Below, piece by piece: positions 38,993 through 52,063 of a stretch of DNA of 64,000 nt. How positions within the stretch are numbered: the first letter of the stretch is position 1; every line of letters begins with the position of its first letter. The notes beneath the pieces were generated by a model that searched no databases, was not told the DNA's origin, and saw nothing but the letters and a program-made list of their open reading frames with translations. The DNA is from Octopus sinensis (taxonomy: Eukaryota). Both the position numbers and the translations under genes were made by a program. Where the stretch lies: positions 175,584,001 through 175,648,000 of the forward strand of contig NC_042997.1 in assembly GCF_006345805.1 (NCBI RefSeq). The letters run 5' to 3'.

Positions 38993-39035
38993 TTTGAATA
39001 ACAATTTTCAAATTACCGCCACAGTAACCAATCAG
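38993..39035 (-). promoter_or_regulatory. ASPM proximal promoter: NF-Y CCAAT box, CDE/CHR tandem and a second inverted CHR
   Basis: AACCAATCAG at 39026-39035. Minus strand TGGCG-GTAA-TTTGAA at 39021-39007. TTTGAA on + at 38993-38998. All lie about 200-250 bp upstream of the ATG. Confidence 0.7.
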
Positions 39036-41769
39036 AAGGAGGCATAGCTTTAAAAACCTGGATTATTCCAAACGAATTATATTAATCCAACGAAATGAAA
39101 ATATTCTTTATATATATTTTTTTCTGGTAAAACGTAAATTGGATCCATAATTTAAGGAATTTATTAAAAGTAAATATTCAAATATTTAATCATTTAGTAT
39201 TTTTAAAGCTGAAAACTGATTAATATATTTTGGATAGATAAATATTAAACAACGAAAATGACCGTTGCCTGCAACTGAAATTTCGTGTTTTTGAACTACT
39301 TATATATTTTGAAAATATAAACAAACCGAATTTAAGTCATCTGCAATAAAAATAAATCAACATTTATTTAGGCAGCAAAACAAAGAAAGAGACTCGTCAG
39401 TAGCTACTGATCACTAATGAACATATTTTAATTGTTTATTTACTGAAAATTTTTTTAAATGATTCATCATTTTATTTGAGATGTTTTAGTAGGCAAATAA
39501 ACAACTCTTTTTTTTTTACGGTTATTTTGTATCTTGTTTTGAATTCACCTTACGCCGAGATCGAATTAGGCTTTCGTATATGCGGGTATGAAAATACTCT
39601 CAATTATTCAGTTAACTATACTTTTAACACTACAAAAGCTGGAAACTAGAATAATGTATCAGAAAAAAGTGAATAACATTCCTAAAATTAAATAGAATTT
39701 CCAGTAATAATCCTGCTCGAAACAGAATTTGCCTCTCACGACACACGAACTAATTTTGATTTAATTTATAAACATATATCTTGTGTCTTGTGAAAAGAAA
39801 CATTTAATAATCTATCCGTTTAATTGCTACCACCGCTTAGTCATGCATACAAAGTGTAGTACACAAGGGTTTGCCAGACGTGTGATGCATCTTATTGTAC
39901 TGGGTAGCAAAATTTGATATAATTACAGTTTGGTGTCTCTGCCCCTTATTTCTTCATAACTTTCTTAATTATGTATATTTTCTCATCCTTTCGGGGTCGA
40001 TAAATTCGATCTAATCGACTGGCCCCCTTCCACAAAATTTCGGGCCTTGTGCCTAGAGTAGAAAAGAATTATGTATATTTTCTGAAGAAATGTTTTTGAA
40101 CGTGTAGATTTATTCAGAATGAAAAGAATATTATTCAAAATATTTTAATAGATTAGAAGAAAGTCTTTCCCTTGTGTCTATCAATTTTATACTGAAATGA
40201 ATAGACGGGTAAAGATCATGGGCAGGTTATGAAACGGAAAGTTATAAATTTCTTTCTGATTTAAAATTAAATTAATTTCATTAAGATTATCGTTATCTGC
40301 GCATTCGAAAACACAGTATGAAGAATCATTTTCCATTTACAGCAAGTCATGGGAAGGAGAGATGTCAGCCAAGAAGTTGAAAAATATTTCATTACTTTTA
40401 AGGGAACGTTTGTGTCACCAACCAAATACATATCAGTGCAGTTTTATGTGATCACAGAGTATGTGTTGAATTCACTATCGCAAAAGTAGTAGTTGATATT
40501 TCATTATTATTATTATTTTATTATTAATGGTAACCTGACCTTCTTTGCTTTTGTTTATACGCACTTTTGACAAGTTGTGGTGCACCTGAGCACTGTATAC
40601 AATAATTTCATTATTATTATTTTTTTTTTTTATATGACACCGCTATCATTTGCCCGGTATGAATACTATAGATTACTAATGAGTTATGCAATCTTTGAAG
40701 GTTTAACAAGGCATTTAAATTCTAAGATTTTCTTTGTAAACCCAGCATTTATTCAGTGTTATTGAACTATACATAAGATGAAGTAACAAAATGTATAAAC
40801 AAATTCTCGTGTTTTGTCTTACTTCCTACATGTATCCTGTGATATACACAACTGTAGAAGCCAACTGAATGAGACTCAAGATTATAATACAACTCCTTTT
40901 CATAGTTTATTTCTCTGGATATATCATCACCACCATCATCATCATTTAACGTCCGCTTTCCATGCTAGCATGGGTTGGACGATTTTGACTGAGGGCCGGC
41001 GAACTAGATGGCTGCACCAGGCTCCAATCTTGATCTGGCAGAGTTTCTACAGCTGGATGCCCTTCCTAAAGCCAACCACTCTGAGAGTGTAGTGAGTGCT
41101 TTTTACGTGCCACCGGCACGGGGGCCAGTCAGTCGGTACTGGCAACGACCTCGCTCGAATCTTTGTACACACGTCACCAACACAGGTACCAGTAAGGCGA
41201 CATTGGTAACGATCACACTCGAATGGTGCCCTTTTACGTGCCACCTGCACAGAAGCCAGTTGGCTGCTCTGGCAACGATCACACTCAGATGGTGCTCTTG
41301 GCACCCTACTAGCATGGGCACAATGCCAGTAAGGCGACGCTGGTAACGATCACACTCGAATGATACCTTTTATGTGCCACTGGCATGGAAGCCGGCTAGC
41401 CGCTCTACCAACGATCACGCTCGTATGGTGCTCTTTGCACCCCGCTAGTACGGATGCCAGTCATCAAATGGATGGTCTTTTCTTATTCAATTAAAATCTG
41501 TATCACAATATACAACTGCAAGAGTTTGAGGACACAGAAACAAACTCCAAAGAAAGTATATTAAACAGAGGATTACATATAGTTAAAAAAGTGCTAAGAC
41601 GAAAATTTGAAACAGCACCAGTTAAAAAAGAATAATTAGACATTAAAGAATATAGCAATAACAACAGAACAGGCTCTTCAGAAACAATGAAAAGAAATTT
41701 TACCAACACTTGAACATTGAAAATAAATATCAGCAGTGACGTGACAAATGCTGAAGCAGCAAGGAACTT

Positions 41770-42030
41770 TTAGTCACATACCTGCAAGATGACACTTGTT
41801 CTTGTGGCAATTGGTGCACTTAGCATAATGCACAAAATGCTGCCCAAGAAGCTGAAGTATAATGGAATTGAGACTCATGTTGTTGACTTGCAGGAAAGTG
41901 CAGTTCTGTATTCTGCAAAAATACCGAGAAAGGTTTTTGAGATTTGAGGAGACTTGTCATCAACAAACCTCAAAAAAAATTTCTGCTGACTGATAAGCAC
42001 GTTCTACTTTCAATTATAATGCAAACGATG
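41770..42030 (+). mobile_element. 3' remnant of a restriction-like-endonuclease (R2/R4/NeSL-type) non-LTR element
   Basis: Translates to ...VAIGALS...LQESAVLYSAKIPRKVFEI*, resembling the 'VIGALG...LQKAALLGTARILRKVL' C-terminus, followed by an (AAT/GAT)n tail. Confidence 0.5.
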
Positions 42031-43589
42031 ATAATAATGATCATCATCATTTAACATCTATATACCATGCTGGTATGGGTTGAACAGTTTGACAAGATTC
42101 CATGCTTTGACAGGGATTTTATGGCTGGATGGCCTTCCTAATACCAATTACTTTACAGCATGGGCGAGCTGCTTTCTTCGTGGCACCTACACTACTGAGG
42201 TCACCAAAAATTACAAAATATCTACCTATAATTATAAGTATATCTTGACTTTTAAGTCACATCCATAAGTTGTATGAACTGAGTAAAATATACTGAGATC
42301 AACAACATAGGAACATGGCCATTGTTTTCATTATTTGCTTTTAAAGACAAGATGAACTCCAAACTGCATTGTTTTTATTTTGCAAAAGTTTAGATTATTG
42401 GAGTTGTCCCTGTTGCTCATGGAATTTCTTTTTAGATTTTAAACATTCCTAGAGGGAGTTTTTGTTGCTGATTTCAAGGACAATAATTGAAGTTTTTCAT
42501 CTCATTACATTACATTTATAAGACTTTACTGTATATGAAGTTAGTTTGCAAAACACTCCTTTAGTGTATTTCCTTAGCCTTAGAGTCTACTGCTAATATA
42601 TATTTCCATTTTACTGATCGCCAAAATACAGAAGATTAATTGTTAGACACATGTACTATTTATTGCATTACCTGAAATTATCAAAGAGATTCTTAACAAA
42701 CTGTTAAGTAGATAAATACATATTTAATGTTTTAAACAGTTGGAGATCAGTAAATGATCACATACCCGTGAGTTTTTGCACAGTCCATCTGCTAATTATG
42801 AACATTATGATTATGTAATTCTGAGCTTCCTGAAACAGCTGTCGAGTTGAAATCTTATGCATTCTCTTCTTAGTATTCTATATTTTTTATGTAAATTTAT
42901 TTATCTATATATAGCTATATAAATGTCTATATGCTTGTACATATGTGTTTATCTTAACATAGCTAGTTATATGCATCCCTATATGTCTTTGTATATACCT
43001 ATGAGTATCTATGTGTATACATTTATATATATATTAAGACTAATCTGCCTTCCTATCTACACAAACACAGACACACCATATGTATGTATGTTTCATGATT
43101 ATATTTTTTTCAAATTGTAGACTACTTTGATCCTAACTGAAACACTGAGAAGAGGCCTTTGGCTCAGGAGAAAGTGTAGTTTTTAAATGTTTACAATTTA
43201 TCTAAGTTTGTGTTAGAGCAAAATTATTGACCATGTCCCAAAATTTGTAGTCTTACTTTACAATTTCTGTAAGTGCAAAGTCCCATAACCTGAGGTAGGC
43301 AAGTTTCTAAATTTATCTCATCAGTGCTGGCACCAGCACCCAATACACTTTGTTAGGTGGTCAGCATTAGGAAGGGTATCCAGCCATAAAAGGCCATGCC
43401 AAAGCAAACATAAGTTCTCTGGTTAGTGTGCTCCTGTCACACTGTCCAACCTATCCCAGCATGGAAAACAGAAATTAAACATGATGATGATGATATATTC
43501 CAGGAGTGACAAATTTGTTGAAACAAAATGTATTTTGTTGGACTAACAATTATGGATTAAAAAATGTGTGTGTTTGTAGGTATGTATGT

Positions 43590-44640
43590 ATACAAGGTGT
43601 TTGGGCTAAATTTGATAGTTTGAATAAAAGGAAAAGAAAACACAATACCCAACCCCTGCAAAAAAAAAAAAAAAGCATTTTTAAAAAATCAAAAAATATC
43701 AATTAGATTATGGCTGGGAGATAATTTACTCAAAGTAGCAGCCTTCAGCTTCCACCACAACCTCAAAATGCCCCCAGAACCTAGCACGTGCAATCCTCAC
43801 TGTGTCCCTGAGATTTTCAAACACCTCTTGATCTTGGCCATCACCTCAGCCTTGAGGTTCCAGGCAAAGTGTTTGGTGTCTTTCTCAACCATTCCCCACA
43901 CATAGTAATCCGAGGCCAGAAATTGGGGCAGGTAAAGCATTAAAAATTCTCTGACTACTTCTGGCTCTTTATGGCAGTATAGTAAGGAGTTGAATCCTGC
44001 TGTCACACATATAGCCTTCCAGCAGCAAACCCCTCCAGCTAGGGATTGACTACAGTCTCCAGCAGCTTCACGTAGCCATATCAATTGAGCCTAAAGCCCT
44101 GTTCATCAGTTGGAAGATTTCCAGTATTCGGACATAGTCAGAGTGCTTGTTGTGCCCCTTCCTACTCACTGTCACCTCATAGTCTCTGTTGCAGCTGTCC
44201 ATGTCGCTTCTTACAGCCTCTAGTGTTTATAGAGAATTGGGCAGCAATCACGATGTCAGCATTTTGATACCTGGCATGAACATGAATCATAATCACTAAC
44301 GTAGCTAGAGTGTGTACTAGGGAGTAACATGAAATCTTTACACCTGCGCAGCCTTTCTGTTTGCCACCCCCAGACCCCACAAAAAACACATATTGCCTAC
44401 AACAGACCCAAAAGTGGTGCCCCTTTAAAAGTGCAGCACGGAGCAGACGCCCACTCCTCCAGCTACGTTAGTGATCATAATGAAACAGGCAACTCTTTTC
44501 CAGTATTCAGATGGCTACCAGTCCTCCGTGTCAGCCTTTTCTCAACTTTAATCTTTATGCTCTCCAACGGTGCAGATTGTTCACCAATACACCAAGTTGT
44601 CCCTTAATAAAGGGCACATAAAAAAGCCTGAAAACTCTGG
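43590..44640 (-). mobile_element. Degenerate Tc1/mariner-superfamily transposon
   Basis: Transposase remnant 'PQFLASDYYVWGMVEKDT' (third-Asp region); begins taCAAGGTGT. Confidence 0.6.
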
Positions 44641-44686
44641 GTAATATATATATATATTGTGAAGCATGACTGTCAACACTACTACA

Positions 44687-44731
44687 TGAACCCGAAGATT
44701 GCAGAATTCAATGCATGAAAGTACTAGTTCA
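44687..44731 (+). ncRNA. Putative minimal type I hammerhead ribozyme, copy 1
   Basis: UGAAC (stem I) - CCGAAGA (core, U4C variant) - U.UGCA gaauucaa UGCA.U (stem II) - GAAA - GUAC - UA^ - GUUCA (stem I'). Confidence 0.65.
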
Positions 44732-45236
44732 ATCAGAATGAATATTTAACATTCTACTATTTCATTTTATTTTATTCAATTATAATATATTATCTTATAA
44801 TATATCATTATAAGATTGTAAATAAAACGTGAAAATCAGACAAGGTTGGAATTCTTTTTATTAATATATTCTTCTATACACAATCACGCAACAATAATTA
44901 AGGTGCTGACAATGATGATGATGACAATTGAAATATAAAAATATAAAAATCTCTGACAAAGGATATTTACAACATTTCTAAAAATAACCCAACAATTGCT
45001 GCTTCGGCCAGGGTCAAGATACAGGACTCTTGACATGTCCAACAAAGCGTGACGCCTAAACCAATCAGCTCAACCAACCAATCAGCTTAAGTAATTGAGT
45101 GATACTACACACTGATTGGTCAGAATACAGTTTGCAAAACCTAGCACTCTGGAGCCTACCCAGCTGTATTTATAGCACAGAATCAATCATCTGCTACAGT
45201 CAAAAATTGTGAAGCATGACTGTCAACACTACTACA

Positions 45237-45281
45237 TGAACCCGAAGATTGCAGAATTCAATGCATGAAAGTACTAGTTCA
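45237..45281 (+). ncRNA. Putative minimal type I hammerhead ribozyme, copy 2 (identical to copy 1)
   Basis: Same sequence, 550 bp downstream. Confidence 0.65.
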
Positions 45282-45769
45282 ATCAGAATGAATAGTTAAC
45301 ATTCTACTATTTCATTTTATTTTATTCAATTATAATATATTATCTTATAATATATCATTATAAGATTGTAAATAAAACGTGAAAATCAGACAAGGTTGGA
45401 ATTCTTTTTATTAATATATTCTTCTATACACAATCACACACACCCATATATATATATATTCTATATATATATATATATATATATACTTTTATAGTGCCAC
45501 ACCCTAGCGGTTGAGGGAACCTGTGGAAGAGGTAGACCCAGGAAGACCTGGGATGAGGTGGTGAAGCATGACCTTCAAACATTAGGCCTCACCAAGGCAA
45601 TGGCAAGTGACTAAGACCTTTGGAAATATGCTGTGCTTGAGAAGACCCAGCAAGCCAAGTGAGACCATAACCTGTGGCCTATGCCAGTGGTGTAACCAGC
45701 CCACTTATGTGAACCTTTCTTTCATTGGACACTAAACTCTGCTTGCAAAGACCTGTTCAAACAAGTGAA

Positions 45770-46240
45770 ATCAAATTCGAGGACTGGCATCCGTGCTAGT
45801 GGAGCGCTAAAAGCACCATCCGAGCAGGATCGTTGCCAGAGCAGCTGACTGGCTTCTGTGCCAGTGACACATAAAAAGCACCATTCGAGCGTGATCGTTA
45901 CCAGCGGCGCCTTACTGGCAATTATGCTGGTGGTACATGAAAAAACATTCGAACAAGGTCGTTGCCAGTGCCGCTGGACTGGCTCCTGTGCAGGTGGCAC
46001 ATAAAAAGCACCATTGGAGCGTGGGCATTGCCAGTACCGCCTGACTGGCCCTCGTGCCGGTGGCACATAAAAGCACCCAACACACTCTGGGAGTAGTTGG
46101 CTTTAGGAAGGGCATCCAGCTGTAGAAACTCTGCCAGATCAGATTGGAGCATGGTGCAGCCATCTATTTCGCCAGTCCTCAGTCAGATCGTCCAACCCAT
46201 GCTAGCATGGACAGCGGACGTTAAATGATGATGATGATGA
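45770..46240 (+). mobile_element. SINE-like family with (ATG)n tail and internal ~55-bp subrepeats; copies at about 12966-13290(-), 23415-23735, 26653-27135(-), 28590-28945, 40925-41465(-), 48637-49070(-), 56985-57158(-), 63697-64000(-)
   Basis: Shared 'aggaagggcatccagctgtagaaac...ccaacccatgctagcatggaaagcggacgttaaacgatgatg' 3' end. Confidence 0.85.
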
Positions 46241-47092
46241 TTCCTGGTTATGCCCCAACCAGGAATGTACAAGTATATATGCTTCTATATTTCTGGTAAA
46301 ACGAGGTAAAAGTAGAACAATTCAATTTCCTTTTTAGGATGTGTTTTGTTTTCCGTAATGAACTACTATTCGATAATGTGTGTGTGTGTGTGTGTGCATG
46401 CGTGTGTGCGCGTGCGTACGTGTATGCTCTCATTTTACCTTGACTTACAACAAATAGAATTGTGCCTCTGTGGCTATATGTAACTTCCTCCTAGTTTACA
46501 AAACTCGCATATAGTAAATTGTAGATGAATGCTAAAAAAATTATCGGGAAAAGGAAAAAACCGGGAAAACCCGTTTTCCCTTAGTGCTTTATGGAAAACA
46601 TCATTTCTATTATTGACAGAATTTCTGGTCAAGGGGGGTAACTCTTCAAGTGACAATCGACTTTTTTTTCTTACTTTCCCTTTCGTTTGTATATACTTAT
46701 GTGCGTGCATGTCGCAAGTCTGCTCTCCAGCCACATGGTTTTGCTTTCACTTCCATTGCTTTGCATCTTGGACAAGTATCTTCTTTTATAGCCTCGAACC
46801 AACCAAAGCTTTGTGAGTGAATTTGGTAAATTGAAAATGAAACAAGCTAATCGCATGTGTGTGTGTGAGGGAAGGATTTTGGACTTTGTTGGTTTGTTAA
46901 AGTATTACTTATAATAACAAAAATCATGATGATATAGATATATGCTCCTCAAACAGTGTGCCACCCCTCTCACAAAACCCCATTACACATACTCCACGCT
47001 CTTTAAACAACTATATCAATGAAGTTGTAACTTGTTAAGGAGAAGGCTTGTTTTATGTATATGAACATAATTTATGGCGATCTTTCGTTTAT

Positions 47093-47508
47093 GGCGATCT
47101 TTCGTCTCTGGTAGACCTTTCCGTCGATTTCCGTAAAAAAATTTTTTTTTTTACATATGGGCTTGCGGGAACTTTTGAAGTAATATACATACATATATAC
47201 AAATACACCGAGTAAAAAATTTCAGTTATCTCTTTCTTTCACACACTCTGTCTCTTCACACACACTAACAGAAGCACTTCACTTACACAACCTACTGTCT
47301 GTCTCCCACACCCCATCAAACACACATACACATGTCCATCAATGCTCCCATGCACGGTAACTTCAAAAGAACTTCCCTCGTCATACAATCGCTTTCTCTT
47401 AGTCTCTTTCGCTCTCATTACTTCAAAAGTTCCCGCAAGCCCATATGTAAAAAAAAAAAATTTTTTACGGAAATCGACGGAAAGGTCTACTAGAGACGAA
47501 AGATTGCC
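47093..47508. mobile_element. MITE/foldback element with about 90-bp TIRs
   Basis: 47093-47184 is the reverse complement of 47417-47508, with 2 substitutions plus homopolymer length differences. Confidence 0.8.
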
Positions 47509-50500
47509 TAATTTATTGCTACAACCCACACTAGTGTGGAAAGCGGACGTTAAATGATGATGATTAATACAGAAAGTGTTAAATGCAATACAAGAGTAGA
47601 GAATATTCAGATGAAACAACATATAGAACAAAAACAGAAAGTCTTTGTTAGAAATTCAACATTCTGGCTAATTTTTACACATCAATATATATTCTTGTGG
47701 CCATGGCTTGTTTTCTTCTTCTGTTGTGCTAGGCTGAATATGTAGTTGTGTAAACATCGATATGTTGAGAGTAAACGCCACCAAAGACTGGAATCACTGT
47801 GAAGCTTCCATGCTCAAATGAGCTATATTTGTAGGTTCTGTTCACAGAAGATTCTAGTCATGCCACCAGGCCATTTCATGAACAACAACCATTAACTGGG
47901 TTAAAATTGAGTTTGTGCACATGATCAACTTGTAGATTCTATATGGAATTGAACCCAACTGCTATAAACACAACAAAAACAAACACATTCACAATAAAAG
48001 CTATGCCACTATATTTACTAAACATCAAGTAAAAGAAATGAAGCAAAAACCTGTATGCAATTACATAGTAATTGATTGATACTTTATTTTATTGACCTCA
48101 GTAGGATGAAAGGCAACATTTACCTTAGCAATATTTGAGTTTGGAGCATAAAGAGGGGAACAAACACCACAATGCATTTTTCTGACCCTCTAATGATTCT
48201 GCCAATCCACATCATCATCACCAACACCATGATCAGAAGAAGAAGAAGAATCTTGTCTACAATAAGCACAAGGCCTGTAATTGGGGCGTGGGGAGCCCCC
48301 ATTACTCAATAGGTGCTTGTTTTATTGACCCTTGAATGATGAAAAGTAAAGTTGGTGATGAAAAGTAAAGTTGGCAAAATTTGAACACAGTGCATCAGAA
48401 AAAATAATTATGAGTGCTATCTGTAATTTTAGCATGAGGCCAAGAATTTTGCGGGAGGAGGAAGTTAATTGCATTGACCCTAGTGCTCAGCTGGTACTTA
48501 TTTTATCGGCCCCAAAAGGATGAAAGGCAAGGTTGACCTTGGCAGAATTTGAACTCAGAACATAAAGCCAGAAATGCTTTTGTATTTTGAAAGTATTTTG
48601 TCTGGCATGCTTACAACTCTGCTGCCTTAATGATAATCATCATCATTTAACGTCCGCTTTCCATGCTAGCATGGGTTGGACGATTTGACTGAGGACTGGT
48701 GAACCAGATGGCTGCGCCAGGCTCTAATCTTGATCTGGCAGAGTTTCTACAGCTGGATGCCCTTCCTAACGCCAACCACTCCGAGAGTGTAGTGGGTGTT
48801 TTTACGTGCCACCGGCACGAGAGCCAGTCAGGCAGTACTGGCAATGGCCACGCTCAAATGGTGTTTTGTACATGCCACCTGCACAGGAGCCAGTATTTTC
48901 ACGTGCCACCGGCACAATTGCCAGTAAGGCGACGCTGGTAACGATCACACTTGAATGGTACTTTTTATGTGCCATCGGTATGGAAGCCAGTTTGCTACTC
49001 TGGTAATGATCACACTCGGATGGTGCTCTTTGCACTCCACTGGTACGGATGCCAGTCATTGAATTTGATTTTGATAATAATAGTCCTTTCTGCTATAGAT
49101 ATAGAGCCTGAAGTTTTGGAAGAAGTGGATAGTTGATTACATCAACCCATTACTCAACTGGTACTCATTTCATCAACCCTTGAGCAGATGAAAGGTAAAG
49201 TGGACCTCGATGGAATTTCAACTCAGAACGTAAAGCTGGAAGAAATGCTGCCAAACATTTTGTCCAGTGTGCTAATGATTGTGCCAGCTCACCATCTTAA
49301 TGATGATGACGACAACAATAACGACGTCAATGACGATGGCATTATATATTATAAAGCAAAAAAAAAAATGTTATCTAAAACCAAGGAGATTTAATTTGTA
49401 AAAGGTGTCTAGTAAAACATAAAAATGCTGGAAGACATGTCAAATAGAGAGGTAAAAGAAGGAAAGAGTGTACATAATACACACACACACATACATACAC
49501 ACATACATGTAAACCATGTATTTGTAAGAATGCATATATGTATGTGGAGTTAGTTTGTGTGTGTATATACAAATGATGCACACACACATGTATATGCATA
49601 TACATACATACACAGATACATGTTTGAAGCTAACTAGTAAACTGGCTGATATGAGAATATGATATTCTATTTTATTTGTAACAATAAGATATATAAAAAA
49701 ACATGTGGCAGGGTGGGGTTATGCATGTGTGTGTGCATGTATGTACACCTATGTATTTAGGGATAGATACATGAATGAATGGATAAATGGATTGGTGTAT
49801 ATGTTTGTGTTTATAATCAGATTAAGATTTCATATACAATGGCCCAGACAACACATGAGTGACAGTTCTGTAAATAATAAGCATCTGCCGCAATATAGCA
49901 TCATTATCTTTAGGGCTTATGGCATATTTTTTGTATCAAACTAAAGCTCAGGTATGAAGGCTTTGTGACATGAATGAATTAATTTTTCCTTGTAAAGACT
50001 CATTCACCAGCACACTATAACCCTTAACCCATATATTTCTTTATTGCCCACAAGGGGCTAAACATAGAGGAGACAAACAAGGACAGACAAAGGGATTAAG
50101 TCGATTACATCAACCCCATTGCGTAACTGGTACTTAATTTATCAACCCCGAAAGGATGAAAGGCAAAGTCGACCTCAGCGGAATTTGAACCCAGAACGTA
50201 ACGGCAGACGAAATACAGCTACGCATTTAGCCCGGCGTGCTAACGTTTCTGCCAGCTCACCACCTTAACCCTTGACCCATAAGCAATGTCAAAGCATCTA
50301 CATGATTATTTGACCTGGTAGAAATATTAGCCAAGTACCCTTCAGACCATTCTTTGTGCATTAAATATTTTAGTTTGGGGTATACAAAGTTTAAGAAAAG
50401 GCAGGATGGTGATGGTATGAACAGCATTGTTTATAGTTCTCCTTTGTCGAGGCTGTCCTGGGGCTAGATAATCACAACAGTCTCTGGCCTGCAGATGCAC

Positions 50501-52063
50501 TATCTCCTCTCTTTATCTATATTGCTACTGCTATAATAGTCTCTGCTACTCTTAATTAGCAAGCTGTATATCTATTTCTCTGCTACCCACAAGGGGCTAA
50601 ATACAGAGAGGACAAACAGATTAAGTCAATTATATTGACCCCAGTGCATAACTGGTACTTATTTAATCACCCCCGAAAGGATGAAAGGCAAAGTCGACCT
50701 CAGCGGAATTTGAACTCAGAACATAAAGACAGACGAAATACCACTAAGCATTTCGCCCGGCATGCTAACGACTCTGCCAGCTCGCCACTTCTACATAGAT
50801 AACCACCCCATTTATCCTCCTCATATTACTAATACTATGTTTCAGCCTCTGCTTCCTCTCACCTTCCATATTGTATTGCATGCCCACTCTTCCCAGATCT
50901 TGCACTAATTGCCATTCCCAAATTTTTCATTTTATCCCCCAGGACATCAACCCTTTGGTATTCTCTCCCTCACCCATCTTTCCTGTGGACGTCAGTTTTG
51001 AGATGTTTAAAACAATATCAATGTTAATATTCTCAGAGGGCCTGCAAATGTCATGAAAACTGCCCACTTCTTTATGTTAGTAATTTTTAGAAAAATGAAC
51101 ATTCTGAATGTAAGTCATGCTGGACCATTTTGACTTTTCATTCCACCCAGATCAATAAAATAAAAAGCACTCTAGACTCATAAAGTTAAGGTGCTGGACT
51201 ATGAATTTATCATGACCATATTGTTAGCAGTACTTTAAACTTCACTGCACCAGAATGCCTCAAACTACTGATTTCAAGTTTTAGGACAAAGCCAGCAATT
51301 TAGTGGGAGGTGGGTATACTGATTACATCCACCCCAGTGCTCAACTGGTACTTATTTTATCAACCCTGAAAAGATGAAAGGCAAAATGGACCTCAGCAGA
51401 ATTTGAACTCAGAACATAAAGACAGACAAAATGCTGTTAAGCATGTTGCCTGGTGTGCTAACGATGCTGCCAGCTCGCTGTCTTAATGCCTCAAAATATT
51501 AATATTTTACAGTGAAACAAATTTACAAAGGGAAAGCAAAGTACAAGCTGTGTTGTGCAAAAAGTTGGATCAACCCAATCAGGTTTGTTCTTATAGCTAA
51601 AGAAATTAAAATAGCAATTTTAGCAAAAATAGAAATTAAACTAACAATTTTATCCATGTTCTGATCTAATGTCAGTCATTATTGTGGGCCATGTTTTTTA
51701 AAATCTCTCTGGAAAGAATAAAGACTTGATTGCAACATTTAGTAAATATGAGAGACAATAAAGACAATATTTCAGTCTCAAAAGCCATTATGTTATAGCT
51801 CTAGGTAAACACTGCTTCAGTTATCCGACTGACAAAATGAGTTTTGTATAACTGACTTCACAGTTGGTTGCTTACCATGGAAAAGCCATCCAATTGTGAA
51901 AAAGCTATTGCTTTGAAGAAAAACGAATAAAAAAGTAAAAATAACATTACCTCACAATAGAAAAAGAAATCAGAAATACAAACAATATTTTGTTTGGAAA
52001 ATTATTGCCAAAGAATTTGAAATATGCCTGTAACATTAAACTTAAACCGTAAAAATATATATA

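Larger units (their letters stand above)
44656..45440 (+). mobile_element. Partial-tandem retroelement (550-bp period) with two hammerhead-like motifs; Penelope pLTR/retrozyme-like
   Basis: Direct repeats of about 232 bp at 44656-44887 and 45206-45437 with 1 mismatch. Flanked by (TA)n on both sides; no ORF. Confidence 0.7.

Noticed and set aside
44656-45440. Interpretation as an LTR/TRIM element (TG...CA repeats)
   Set aside because: There is no clear PBS, polypurine tract or 4-6 bp TSD. Insertion in (TA)n and the hammerhead fold fit a Penelope/retrozyme model better.
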